From Chloroflexota bacterium (GTDB lineage: Bacteria; Chloroflexota; UBA5177; JAJPKF01): a DNA stretch of 46,364 bases. The notes under the pieces are model-generated. The model did not search any database, had not been told where the DNA came from, and was given only the letters and a program-made list of their open reading frames with translations. Positions 1 through 9,351 of the stretch are shown piece by piece (the stretch's first letter is position 1; each line of letters opens with the position of its first letter). The translations under genes were made by a program, and so were the position numbers. The stretch is taken from contig DASRCF010000086.1 in the NCBI GenBank assembly GCA_035653255.1, positions 1-46,364 on the forward strand, in the 5' to 3' direction.

Positions 1-186
1 GAGCTCCAGCTCGCCAGAAGGTTTCGGCTGCACTCCCGGTATGGGAATCAGCTTCGTCTCCTTCATGCAGTCCCGACACTTGCCCAGCCCTCGCACCACC
101 TCCGGGACGGCGACGTCGTCGTCAAGGCGGACGTCGACGGGGGTGACGTGGGTGCAGTCGAACCGCGTGCTCACCGACCGCTTCAT
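1..186 (-). CDS. hypothetical protein, N-terminal part only (gene runs off the left edge)
   Basis: ATG at 186 on the minus strand, open to the window edge: MKRSVSTRFDCTHVTPVDVRLDDDVAVPEVVRGLGKCRDCMKETKLIPIP... No family recognised. Confidence 0.3.
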   Translation of the reverse strand, partial: MKRSVSTRFDCTHVTPVDVRLDDDVAVPEVVRGLGKCRDCMKETKLIPIPGVQPKPSGELEL

Positions 187-241
187 TCGGCGAGCCCCGG
201 CGCAATGACGCGACGTCTCTGGCCGACGTGCGTCTCGGCTA

Positions 242-1762
242 TCAATGGGGCGTCACACTGACATCGTCGAACCATACCGTGCCGCGTCCAAAGAGGCCTG
301 CCGTCACCTCCAGCCCGATGGCTCCGGGCGGCACAGTGAGGGTATAGGTCTGATGGGTCCAGCCGGTGGTTCCCTGCATCGAAGGGAGCGCAATCTGAGG
401 CGGGCCCGTGCGGTAATCGTCGTTGATGAATTTGAGAACGAAGTTGGCGCTCGCGCCCGGGTTGGTTCCCGGTCCAAGGTCACAGGTATCGCAGGGCGCG
501 ACGTTCTTGGTCCTGATCCAGCCGGAGAAGGTGTAGCTCTTCCCGGGAGTCACTTTCAGATCTTGCTCCCAACGGATGAAGAGATGGGCCCTATTTGCCG
601 GCCAGCTGATCATTCCGCTGCTCTTGCCGGAGTGTTTGACCGAGGAGTCGAAGGTCATGTCGGCCCGCTGACCGGGGTGAAGCGTCTCATTGAGGAGGTC
701 GCCCCTCATCCAACCCTGCGGGCCGCCGGTCTCGAATCCACCATTGATGATCGAGGTGTGGAGAGCGCCGGGCGGCCAGGATGTCTTCCACTGCCGTACC
801 AGCGACCCGGCCGGCGAAAGCTCTATCGCCCCGTGAATACCGGAGTCACCCAGCAGCAGATCTTGGTTCTTGAGCACCTCGATGTAGTAAGGCTGAGGAA
901 TGTCGGCGAAGGTGTGGAGGATTTTCCCGGCATGATTGATCTCGAGGATCCGATTATCCTCGGTATCCGAGATGAGGTAATTGCTGCCGTAGGGGTTGAA
1001 GCTGCGCGGCCAGACGACCTTGGGGTTACCGTTGGCATCGAAGCCACCGTACTCGAACAGAATTCGGTTGCAGGCGTGGTTGATGATCAACGTCCGCCCG
1101 TTGTCCGAGTCGGCAACCATGAGATCGCCGTTGGGGAGCAGGCGCGGACGGTGCTGGCGCAGCATGAAGCGGCTGCACTTCCACACCACGTGTCCGCTGC
1201 GTGTAATCTCCCACACGGTGCTGTTGAACCGTGACGACAGGAGGATGTCGCCGTTGGTCATCATGTAGGCATCATTTGGATAGACGAGGTGGCCACCATC
1301 ACTGAAGCGGCCGGCGCCGGCGAAGCCTTTGCCGCCGCCGAGATTGTCGGTCGTCCAGATCGTCTTCCCTTGACGATTGATGATGAAGGCTCGGTCGTTG
1401 TTGGTGTCGCTGATCAGAATATCGTTCGAGCCGATGACGTAGGCCGAATGGGGAAAGTCGAGTCCACCTGTATACACCCAATCCGGCTTGCCGGAGGGCG
1501 TGAGCTCGACGATCTTGGCCCCGGTGCGGTCCCAGTTGCCGCCATCGGTGATAAGAAGGTCGCCGTTGGACTCCATCTCCGCCGTCTGCGGAAGGTAGAT
1601 GAAGGACTGCGCGGCGGTGGGGTGGAGAATGACGTGACCGGGCGCTGGTTTAAACTGCCCATGCTTGGCCGGAGGCGATGTGTTCTTGCCGCACGCAACC
1701 GCTGTCGCCGCCAGGACGACGATGATCAAGAGCCGCGCGAGGCGTGAGACTCCAATGGGCAT
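242..1762 (-). CDS. lipoprotein: beta-propeller (ASST/NHL-like repeats) with C-terminal CBM4_9-like beta-sandwich
   Basis: ORF 242..1837. Internal ATG at 1762 has GGAG upstream and gives the signal peptide MPIGVSRLARLLIIVVLAATAVAC with a lipobox Cys. Repeated SD(T/S)(N/D)N(D/G)R..I(I/E)N blades. C-terminal GGFETG...WFDDVSV resembles a carbohydrate-binding module. Confidence 0.7.
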   Translation of the reverse strand: MPIGVSRLARLLIIVVLAATAVACGKNTSPPAKHGQFKPAPGHVILHPTAAQSFIYLPQTAEMESNGDLLITDGGNWDRTGAKIVELTPSGKPDWVYTGGLDFPHSAYVIGSNDILISDTNNDRAFIINRQGKTIWTTDNLGGGKGFAGAGRFSDGGHLVYPNDAYMMTNGDILLSSRFNSTVWEITRSGHVVWKCSRFMLRQHRPRLLPNGDLMVADSDNGRTLIINHACNRILFEYGGFDANGNPKVVWPRSFNPYGSNYLISDTEDNRILEINHAGKILHTFADIPQPYYIEVLKNQDLLLGDSGIHGAIELSPAGSLVRQWKTSWPPGALHTSIINGGFETGGPQGWMRGDLLNETLHPGQRADMTFDSSVKHSGKSSGMISWPANRAHLFIRWEQDLKVTPGKSYTFSGWIRTKNVAPCDTCDLGPGTNPGASANFVLKFINDDYRTGPPQIALPSMQGTTGWTHQTYTLTVPPGAIGLEVTAGLFGRGTVWFDDVSVTPH

Positions 1763-1993
1763 AGACAAGTACTCCATAAACGACTGCGCCGCAGCCCTGT
1801 TCGCTCCCGGTGGTGGGCGTGCCGAAGCGCGCCTCACGATTCTACCGGCACACGAACCCGCGGACTCGGGCTCAATGCGATCGGTGCGTGTCCGAGGGGA
1901 GGTGGATGCTGCGGGTAAAGAGGATTGAGACGTGAGTCATCCGGCGGTACGCCAATCGATACAGTCGCCGCGTTGACAGTTGGAGACGCGCAC

Positions 1994-2725
1994 TTGGATG
2001 ATCTCGTAACCTCGCGAGATCGCGACCGGATCGCGGCTATGTTCGACCGCATCTCCGACCGCTACGATCTCATGAACCGAATCATGACCCTGGGACAGGA
2101 TCGCCGTTGGCGGCGGCTGGCGATCGAGGTAGCCGCCCCGCGGCCGGGAGATCGTGTCCTGGACGTGGCCACGGGGACGGGTGACATGGCGGTCGCACTG
2201 GCTCGCCAGGTTGGGCCGGCGGGATCCGTCCTGGGGGTCGACATCTCAGACTCCATGCTGAGGGTGGCGCGGCATAAGGCAGCCGGCTTGGCGGTCCAGC
2301 TTCGGCGCTCCGATGTCCTGGAGCTGACGGCACAGGGGGAGTTTGATGTGGCTTCGGTGGCGTTCGGACTGCGAAATTTCTCCAGTCGCGAGCTGGGGAT
2401 CGAGCGTATGGCGGCGGCGCTCAAGTCGGGCGGCAGACTGGTGGTGCTCGAGCTGACCCCGAGCGACAGCCGGCTGCAGGCACCCATAGGGTTCTATGAA
2501 CGGCGGCTGATTCCCTTCATCGCGCGGTTCGTCGCCGGGGATCCCTCGGCCTATAGCTACCTGCCCGAGTCCGTGGCGCGCTCGCTTAGCCGCGAACAGA
2601 TCGAGGTGCTGCTGCGGAACGCGGGGTTGTGCGAGATTCGCAGTGTGCGCCTAAATTTCGGCACCGTGGCAATCGTGTCCGGCACCAAACCCACGACCCG
2701 GATGAGGTCACCGGTAAAGAGCTGA
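1994..2725 (+). CDS. ubiE: demethylmenaquinone/ubiquinone C-methyltransferase (UbiE/MenG family)
   Basis: MFDRISDRYDLMNRIMTLGQDRRWRR and the SAM motif VLDVATGTGDMA. Longest ORF starts at TTG 1925; TTG 1994 is preceded by GGAGAC with a 6-nt spacer, so the start is uncertain. Confidence 0.85.
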   Translation: MDDLVTSRDRDRIAAMFDRISDRYDLMNRIMTLGQDRRWRRLAIEVAAPRPGDRVLDVATGTGDMAVALARQVGPAGSVLGVDISDSMLRVARHKAAGLAVQLRRSDVLELTAQGEFDVASVAFGLRNFSSRELGIERMAAALKSGGRLVVLELTPSDSRLQAPIGFYERRLIPFIARFVAGDPSAYSYLPESVARSLSREQIEVLLRNAGLCEIRSVRLNFGTVAIVSGTKPTTRMRSPVKS

Positions 2726-2936
2726 GGCGGCGAGGCCAGGCGAGGGACAGGTAACGGCAGCGGCACGCAGAGACGTGGAACGGCAGCAGCCTGAGACCTG
2801 ATTGCGGAGCGCCCACCGCCGCTAATCACTGACCGCGGATAGTAGGTGCTCCTCGAGGCGTTGAACGGTCCAGGCTGCACTGTGCCTGCGGGCCGCACCG
2901 AGGCATCGCGGCGCAATCGAGCCTCGACATCCGGGT

Positions 2937-4934
2937 CTAGGTAACGGACTGATCCGCCGCGAACTCGGAGGTTTGGCCCGTGGTGGTGTTCGTGACAGTG
3001 GCCGTGACTCGCGAGCCGGCAGTGGGTGCCTTGGCCGGCGTCACCGTCCAGGCCCCGGTCGCATTCGTGGTGCCGCTACCAAGGAACGTCTGCGCCTGCC
3101 CATGCCCACTCTTGTCGGGAGTGCTAGGGACGGCGAAGAGCTCGACCGTGCAGGAGCTGACACAGGATGACGTGCCGGTGACGAGGGTGGGCAGGGCGCT
3201 TGTGATTGCCGGGCAGGCAAGGTAGCCGTTGGGGCTGCCGCTGAGGCCGGAAGCGCAGCTGGCCGGAGCCAGACCAGCGAGGTAGATGCCGTTGCCGTTG
3301 CCGTACATGCGATTGCGACTGATCACCGCCGCGACCGCATCGCTCGTCGAGGCACCGACGACGACGCTGTAGCCGGAGTTGTTGATGATGGTATTCGGAC
3401 CCGTACCGCCGATCATCACACCGGTCGCCTTGCTGGTGATGTCGACGCCGGGACCGGCAAAGTTCTCGATCGTCATCCCCCTAACAGTCGTGTGAGAGGC
3501 CACGTCTCTGAGACCCACGGCCACACTCTTGTGACCGTTGAGGGTGGTGTATCCTCCGCCGTAAATGGCAAGACCCGATGCCGAAAGCCACGGAAGTGGC
3601 GCCTGCAGGCTTATGGCGCAAGGCTTTGGGCAGCCTGCAAAGGTGATGAGATGGTTGACAGTGCCGGCCAGCGCGTCGTTGTTGGCGTCGTCTACGGCAC
3701 AGCGGAGCAGGTAACTGGAGGTGCTCCCACTGTCACCGCCCGGGGTATTTGGGCACAGTGGAGTGGTGCCTCCCGGTGAAGCGTCGGCGGCTGAATTCAC
3801 TGGGAGCGAGGCCGCACGGTGATAGGCCATAAGGCAGTTGGCTGCAGTTTGGCCGGGGCCGACGGCGTTGCTCCACTCCTCTTGGATCAGATACTGGTGG
3901 CCGTGAAGGGTGACGTCACCGTTCTGCGTGGAAAGCGGCGCGAAGACGTAGGCGCAGATGTCGCCGATCTCATACCCGTCCGACGAGTCCACCCACCCGG
4001 AGTTCGGCATTGGGTCCGTAATCGTCTCCGACATCTCATGAGACATCGGGCTGATCTCGTAATCGGCCACGGGGTCTCCATTCGGTCCAGGCCCGTCGAT
4101 CGGCGGGTAGTGAGTTCCATTGACGGTCCAGTTTGGGCCACCGCAGGCGGTTGAGTAGCCGGCGTCGAACATGTTGGCATACAGGACCGGAGTCGCACCG
4201 GAGTTGTAGAACGCGCTGTGGTAGGCGCAGTATGCGTCGGCCGGATAGGGAAATTCCGCGTCGCAGTAGGTGAGAGCACTGGTAGTGCAACTTTGAACTC
4301 CACCGGGTGTGAAGACAAAGAACTCGACGCCCATCCCGCCGGTGGGCCAGGTCGAGTTCTTGGCGACCGCGTTTTCGACCTCTGCCTGGATGTCAGAGTT
4401 CAGCAGCGGATGTTTCTGGGTGCCGTCGACGCTCGTGTTGAACTGGTTGAGCGCGCCCGTGTCGACCCACATGCCTCCGAAGCTCAAGGCGTTGTGAACC
4501 ACATCGCTCGTATCGGAGTACTGGGTCAGGATGTTGTAGTAGGGTGTGGCGCCGGCATGCTGGAAGAAGCCGTCGATGAGCGTCTCATACGAGGTGTCAT
4601 GCGAGTCGGGGACAGACCCCTTCTTGAAGGCCTCTTCAAAGTGGTAGCCCGGCGGCTGCCAGAAGATGGCATAGGCCTTCAAGGTGTGGACGACCGGACC
4701 ACCGCCATAGCTGACATGGGAGCCGGCGGGAGGAGCCGGGGGCGGCTCTGCGCCACGCCCTGCCAGGGGCGGAGGCATCAGATGAATGGCCTGGCCGTGG
4801 CCGCCGCTGACGGTCAAACGCGTGAAGGCTGGTCCTTGGCGTGGCGACGGTCCCGCGACGGCCGGCGTGGCCGAGAGGAGCGGCAGAATGACCAAAGCCG
4901 AGAGGATCGACGAGGCTCGAAGGGCGGGCGGCAT
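2937..4934 (-). CDS. secreted protein: EXORDIUM/Phi_1-like N-terminal region plus right-handed beta-helix repeats
   Basis: ATG 4934 lies 6 nt after GGAGG. Signal peptide MPPALRASSILSALVILPLLSATPAVAG. YGGGPVVHTLKAYAIFWQP and PNGDPVADYEISPMSHEMSETITDP recall plant Phi_1/EXORDIUM motifs. C-terminal MTIENFAGPGVDI...IINNSGYSVVV...NRMYGNGNGIYL looks like parallel beta-helix. Confidence 0.6.
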   Translation of the reverse strand: MPPALRASSILSALVILPLLSATPAVAGPSPRQGPAFTRLTVSGGHGQAIHLMPPPLAGRGAEPPPAPPAGSHVSYGGGPVVHTLKAYAIFWQPPGYHFEEAFKKGSVPDSHDTSYETLIDGFFQHAGATPYYNILTQYSDTSDVVHNALSFGGMWVDTGALNQFNTSVDGTQKHPLLNSDIQAEVENAVAKNSTWPTGGMGVEFFVFTPGGVQSCTTSALTYCDAEFPYPADAYCAYHSAFYNSGATPVLYANMFDAGYSTACGGPNWTVNGTHYPPIDGPGPNGDPVADYEISPMSHEMSETITDPMPNSGWVDSSDGYEIGDICAYVFAPLSTQNGDVTLHGHQYLIQEEWSNAVGPGQTAANCLMAYHRAASLPVNSAADASPGGTTPLCPNTPGGDSGSTSSYLLRCAVDDANNDALAGTVNHLITFAGCPKPCAISLQAPLPWLSASGLAIYGGGYTTLNGHKSVAVGLRDVASHTTVRGMTIENFAGPGVDITSKATGVMIGGTGPNTIINNSGYSVVVGASTSDAVAAVISRNRMYGNGNGIYLAGLAPASCASGLSGSPNGYLACPAITSALPTLVTGTSSCVSSCTVELFAVPSTPDKSGHGQAQTFLGSGTTNATGAWTVTPAKAPTAGSRVTATVTNTTTGQTSEFAADQSVT

Positions 4935-5095
4935 GTGAACCTCCAGGGTCACTTGACGAGTGTGGCCGAATTTGCAACTTGGTCATCCTATCCAAGCTCC
5001 GGCGTCGCGACAATAGGAGCATGGGATTGTGGAGGCCGAACAAGCTCGACTCGTTCGCCGGGTGACAGTATGAGGAAAGACCCAAGGAGCACCTC

Positions 5096-6988
5096 ATGAC
5101 ACAGGACATTCACGCATGGCACGAGCTGGCCCAGCAGCTGCGAGTGGATAGCATCCGCTCGACAACCCAGGCGGGTTCCGGACACCCCACGTCATCCATG
5201 TCCGCGGCCGACCTCATGGCCGTGCTGATGAGCAAGTACCTGAAGTACGACTTTGATGATCCCAAGAATCCCAACAACGATCACTTCATACTGTCCAAGG
5301 GCCACGCCTCACCGCTGCTCTATGCGATGTACAAGGCGGCGGGCGCCATCTCCGACGAGGAGATGATGACCCTACGCGAGTTCGGCAGCCCGATCGAAGG
5401 GCATCCGGTTCCGGTTCTGCCATATGTCGACGTGGCTACGGGATCCCTGGGTCAGGGGTTGCCCATCGGGGTCGGAATCGGGCTCGCCGGCAAGTACCTC
5501 GACAAGCTGCCGTATCGTGTCTGGATCCTCTTGGGCGACAGCGAGACGGCCGAAGGCTCTGTGTGGGAAGCCTTCGACAAGGCCTCCCATTACTCACTGG
5601 CCAACGTCACCGCGATCATCGACGTCAACCGGCTGGGCCAGCGGGGTCAGACCGAGCTGGGCTGGAACACGAAGGCCTACGCGGACCGCGCGCGTGCGTT
5701 TGGATGGCGGCCTCTGGAGATCGACGGGCACGATCTCGAGGAGATCGATCATGCCTTTGGCGAGGCCACAACCACCACCGACGTGCCGGTGGTCATCGTG
5801 GCCAGGACGATGAAGGGGCGGGGCGTCTCGTTCCTCGAGAATCAGGACGGCTGGCATGGCAAGGCGCTGAAGCCGGAGCAGGCCGGCGATGCCATCCAGG
5901 AGCTGGGCGGCGAGCGCCACATCGTTGTTCAGGTGCAGAAGCCGGATGAGTCCCACCGTCCGGCGATCGAGCAGGACGGAAATCGCAATCCGCAGCTGCC
6001 GACGTACGACTTGGGCTCAAAGGTGGCCACGAGGAAGGCCTATGGGGACGCGCTAAAGGCTCTGGGTTCACATCCTGAGGTCGTGGCGCTGGACGGTGAG
6101 GTCAGCAACTCCACCTACGCCGACGAGTTCGCCCATGCGTTCCCGGACCGCTATTTCGAGATGTACATTGCCGAACAGCAGCTGGTGGGCGCGGCAGTTG
6201 GACTTCAGGTGCGCGGCTACAAACCGTTTGCCTCGACGTTCGCCGCATTCTTTAGCCGCGCCTATGATTTCGTCCGCATGGCCGCCGTCTCTCGAGCCAA
6301 CATCAAGCTGGCCGGCAGCCACGCCGGCATCTCGATTGGACAGGACGGACCATCGCAGATGGCCCTGGAGGATATCGCCTCCTTCCGGGCCGTGTGCGGC
6401 AGCACTGTGCTCTATCCGTCAGACGCCAATCAGACCGCCTCGCTCTGCGGGCAGATGGTGGACCGCGAGGGGGTGGTTTTCCTGAGAACAACCCGTGAAG
6501 CCACCGACGTGATATACAAGCCCCTGGAAGACTTCCCCATCGGGGGCAGCGTAGTCGTCCGACGGTCGGACAGAGACCGTGCAACTGTTATTGGGGCAGG
6601 CATCACCCTCCATGAGGCCCTCAAAGCTTGCGACCGGCTGGCTGAGGAGGGAATGGGCGTGCGCGTCATCGACCTCTTCTCCGTCAAGCCCATCGACGTG
6701 GCGACCCTCCACGAGGCGGCGCGCGACACCAATGGCAAACTGGTGGTCGTGGAGGACCACTGGATCGAAGGTGGCCTCGGCGATGCTGTGGCCGCGGCAT
6801 TCGCCGGCGATCGAGAAGCGCCGACATATGACGGGCCTCAGCTCAGGCTGATCAAGCTGGCGGTGACGGAGATGCCTGGCTCAGGTACGCCGGAGGAGCT
6901 CATGCACTGGGCCGGGATCGACGCTGATGCTATCGTCGAGGCCGTGAAAGCCTTGGTAGGCAGCCGGGAGCCGGCCGGAGTTCGATAG
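5096..6988 (+). CDS. tkt: transketolase (about 620-aa single-chain, mammalian-like type)
   Basis: SGHPTSSMSAADLMAVL, ILSKGHASPLLYAMY, ATGSLGQGLPIGVG, LLGDSETAEGSVWEA, NRLGQ, and IAEQ...GPSQMALEDIA are collinear with 623-aa animal TKT. AAGGAG lies upstream of the ATG. Confidence 0.93.
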   Translation: MTQDIHAWHELAQQLRVDSIRSTTQAGSGHPTSSMSAADLMAVLMSKYLKYDFDDPKNPNNDHFILSKGHASPLLYAMYKAAGAISDEEMMTLREFGSPIEGHPVPVLPYVDVATGSLGQGLPIGVGIGLAGKYLDKLPYRVWILLGDSETAEGSVWEAFDKASHYSLANVTAIIDVNRLGQRGQTELGWNTKAYADRARAFGWRPLEIDGHDLEEIDHAFGEATTTTDVPVVIVARTMKGRGVSFLENQDGWHGKALKPEQAGDAIQELGGERHIVVQVQKPDESHRPAIEQDGNRNPQLPTYDLGSKVATRKAYGDALKALGSHPEVVALDGEVSNSTYADEFAHAFPDRYFEMYIAEQQLVGAAVGLQVRGYKPFASTFAAFFSRAYDFVRMAAVSRANIKLAGSHAGISIGQDGPSQMALEDIASFRAVCGSTVLYPSDANQTASLCGQMVDREGVVFLRTTREATDVIYKPLEDFPIGGSVVVRRSDRDRATVIGAGITLHEALKACDRLAEEGMGVRVIDLFSVKPIDVATLHEAARDTNGKLVVVEDHWIEGGLGDAVAAAFAGDREAPTYDGPQLRLIKLAVTEMPGSGTPEELMHWAGIDADAIVEAVKALVGSREPAGVR

Positions 6989-7066
6989 CCGCTTGAGATG
7001 CATCCAGCAACCTCGCTCCGCAGTCGACCCGGTGAATTGCCCGGTCTCCTGTCGCTGCTCGGGAAC

Positions 7067-7732
7067 TTAGTCTGAGGACTTCGAGCCCTTGAGGAACTCG
7101 GCCACCACCTGATTGAATCGGGCGGGGTTGAGCGCTTGAGGCCAGTGCCAGTCGTAGGGCTCGATTCCCGCCGGGTTTCCGTCGATCACCTCCAGAGTGG
7201 AGCCGTCTATGGCCGCCTGCAGCTTCGGCGCGTGCTCATCCAGCGGCAGCAGCCGGTCCTCCTTCTGCCACACGATGAGTGTCGGAACGGTTATCCCTTG
7301 CCACCGCTCCGTCTGCTGACTGCCGGCTGAGTCGACGAGAATTAGCCGGGCCACGTCCTTGGGCCATTCGGACGCCAGCAGGAGCGAGGCAGCGCCTCCC
7401 GCCGAGAGGCCACAGAGGGTCACCGGTCCGAGGTCCAATCCATGGATCAGGTCGTGTACGGCCCGCGCGTTGATCCAGAACCATTCGCCGAAATCGGATG
7501 GGATGCCGCCTTCCGGACCGCTCGACTCTCCGTAACCGGGAAGATCGACGGCGATGATCCGGTTGTTTGTTGACAGCTCGTCGATGTTGGCGTTCCAGAC
7601 TCTCCAGGAGCTGATGGGGGCGTATCCGTGGATCATGACCACGGGGTCGCCTGTCCCCTTCTCCACGTAGTGCATCCTGCCCCCGCGCACGTCGATGTCG
7701 TTTCGCTTCAGGCTTCTTGCTTCTGTCGTCAC
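7067..7732 (-). CDS. alpha/beta-fold hydrolase
   Basis: GGRMHYVEKGTGDPVVMIHG and the nucleophile elbow GLSAGG. GTG 7732 is preceded by GGGAGG (7738-7743); the longer ORF to 7912 has no family-like N-terminus. Confidence 0.8.
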   Translation of the reverse strand: MTTEARSLKRNDIDVRGGRMHYVEKGTGDPVVMIHGYAPISSWRVWNANIDELSTNNRIIAVDLPGYGESSGPEGGIPSDFGEWFWINARAVHDLIHGLDLGPVTLCGLSAGGAASLLLASEWPKDVARLILVDSAGSQQTERWQGITVPTLIVWQKEDRLLPLDEHAPKLQAAIDGSTLEVIDGNPAGIEPYDWHWPQALNPARFNQVVAEFLKGSKSSD

Positions 7733-7913
7733 GGCAGCCTCCCACGCTTGGTCTCTTCGATTCTCCACCTTGGGGGGAAGTGAAAGAAGGTGATCGAGTT
7801 GGAGTTCACGTTTAGAGTTTGGAGTGCCTCTACTCGAGGCCAAGCGTGCTCGAGAGCGGCCAGGTTGGAGATGAGGACCGAACTGCGTCCACCGTGAACG
7901 TTGAACATGCAAC

Positions 7914-8456
7914 TTACTGCGGAGGGCGGCTCATCTCCAACATGCGGTTGACGGTGCGCCAGTTGCGCGTCGTTGCCCTGGCCCGCAGCTGTCGCTCCCA
8001 GAACGGATTAACGAGCATGGACCTTCCGTAGCCCTCTGGACAGTGGAGATAGATCTCACGTCCTGAGACTGCGAACTCATCAGGAAGAGCTGATGTTCGA
8101 TCGATGGTCGCCACGGCAGTGGATGCGGCTTCGGAAGAGAGGAACGTCACGTGCAGGGTCTTCGGGTCGATGCCCGGCTTGTCGAAGGGGTTAGCCTGCA
8201 CTATCGAATCAAGCTCCTCGGGCGTACGTGCCATAACCGTGACCGACAAGCCGAACTCATGTGAAATCACGTGCTCGACGTCCCTGCACAGGGCCTCCTC
8301 GTCTCCCTGCTCGCTCAGGAGTACCACGTTTCCGCTTTGGATGTATGTGGCCACGTCCTGATACCCACGATCGACCAATGCGCCGCTGAGCTGCTTCATG
8401 CTCAATATTTTGCCGCCGACGTTCACGCCCCTGAGCAGGACAGCCCAGGTGTTCAC
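7914..8456 (-). CDS. DUF1697 domain protein
   Basis: N-terminus MNTWAVLLRGVNVGGKILSMKQL is typical of DUF1697. It overlaps the upstream gene by 4 nt, which suggests translational coupling. Confidence 0.7.
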   Translation of the reverse strand: MNTWAVLLRGVNVGGKILSMKQLSGALVDRGYQDVATYIQSGNVVLLSEQGDEEALCRDVEHVISHEFGLSVTVMARTPEELDSIVQANPFDKPGIDPKTLHVTFLSSEAASTAVATIDRTSALPDEFAVSGREIYLHCPEGYGRSMLVNPFWERQLRARATTRNWRTVNRMLEMSRPPQ

Positions 8457-9283
8457 GTGGAACCCTGCCGGCTCAGCAGCGCCGTGAGCATCCCGTAGTA
8501 CACGTCAACCTCATAGGCAAGGACCTCGCTCTCGAAGTTCAGCTCCTCAACCGCACCTCCCAGGATCACGATCGAGCGGAGTCCATCCTGTGCCGCCTCC
8601 TTGGCCCAATTGAGGTCGAGGTCGAGAAGCGAGCGTAAGTTGCCGGAGCGCACCGCTCGCTCGATTACGGAGTCGAACTCGGCGGCTATCGGTTTGAACC
8701 CGTAGGGGCCCTTGGCGCTGTGTACATGTGAGAGATCGGAGCTGGCGACGAGGGCCGCCCGACGGCCGGCGCGAACGACGCCACTGGCTATGACTTGGCC
8801 AAACTGCCACTCGGTCTCAAGCGCGCGACCTGAAAAGGTAACCGGCAGTAGACTGCCTTCGAATCCGGCTTGCAACAGGTACTGCATAGGCCCGGTTATG
8901 CCCCAGTCCATTGGATAACTCGGCTCGCTGGTGGCTCCGTAAATCAGGCCGATGGCCTCGACGCCCAGCTCCGCGGCGGCATCGAGGATGAGCTGTGCCA
9001 GCTCCGGATCACTTTCGACGGAAAGCTCGTCCTGGCGCCAGGCATACCAGGTCGAGAGCTGAACCTGGTTGTGTCGGCACAGCGACACGGTGTTGGCGCC
9101 GGCGGCGCGGAAGCCATGCGGAGTGACCAGCACAACCACGTCGGGGTTGGACTCGACGACCCGTGAGGCCGCAGAGCGCATGGCCGCATCTGTCTGTGGC
9201 ACACGTTGCCGCTGCTCGTCCGGCATGTCGGGCACCACGCCGTGTGGAGCGATCCAACCCGAAACTAGCTGTCCCTGTCCCAT
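8453..9283 (-). CDS. LigB/MEMO-superfamily (class III extradiol dioxygenase-like) protein
   Basis: WIAPHG, VVVLVTPHG and SSDLSHVHS are His-containing motifs typical of this fold. ATG start at 9283. Confidence 0.6.
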   Translation of the reverse strand: MGQGQLVSGWIAPHGVVPDMPDEQRQRVPQTDAAMRSAASRVVESNPDVVVLVTPHGFRAAGANTVSLCRHNQVQLSTWYAWRQDELSVESDPELAQLILDAAAELGVEAIGLIYGATSEPSYPMDWGITGPMQYLLQAGFEGSLLPVTFSGRALETEWQFGQVIASGVVRAGRRAALVASSDLSHVHSAKGPYGFKPIAAEFDSVIERAVRSGNLRSLLDLDLNWAKEAAQDGLRSIVILGGAVEELNFESEVLAYEVDVYYGMLTALLSRQGST

Positions 9284-9351
9284 CTCCTGCTTCTCCTGTC
9301 AAGAGCATGCACCTGATCCTACTCGGGAAGCTGCCCGGGCCAGCCTCGGCC

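Noticed and set aside
245-1234. Long antisense ORFs opposite well-supported genes: 245-1234, 4218-5099, 18737-19630, 20101-20991, 21560-22450, 28605-29564, 38388-39341, and the 5' part of 27146-28669.
   Set aside because: Each is the mirror frame of a gene with clear family motifs. Their translations are Arg/Gly/Pro/Ala-rich with no recognisable domains, as expected from stop-codon depletion in high-GC DNA.
5096-6988. Animal-type (about 620-aa) transketolase as evidence of horizontal transfer.
   Set aside because: This shorter TKT form is known in various bacteria. The composition and codon bias of the gene look like the rest of the window.
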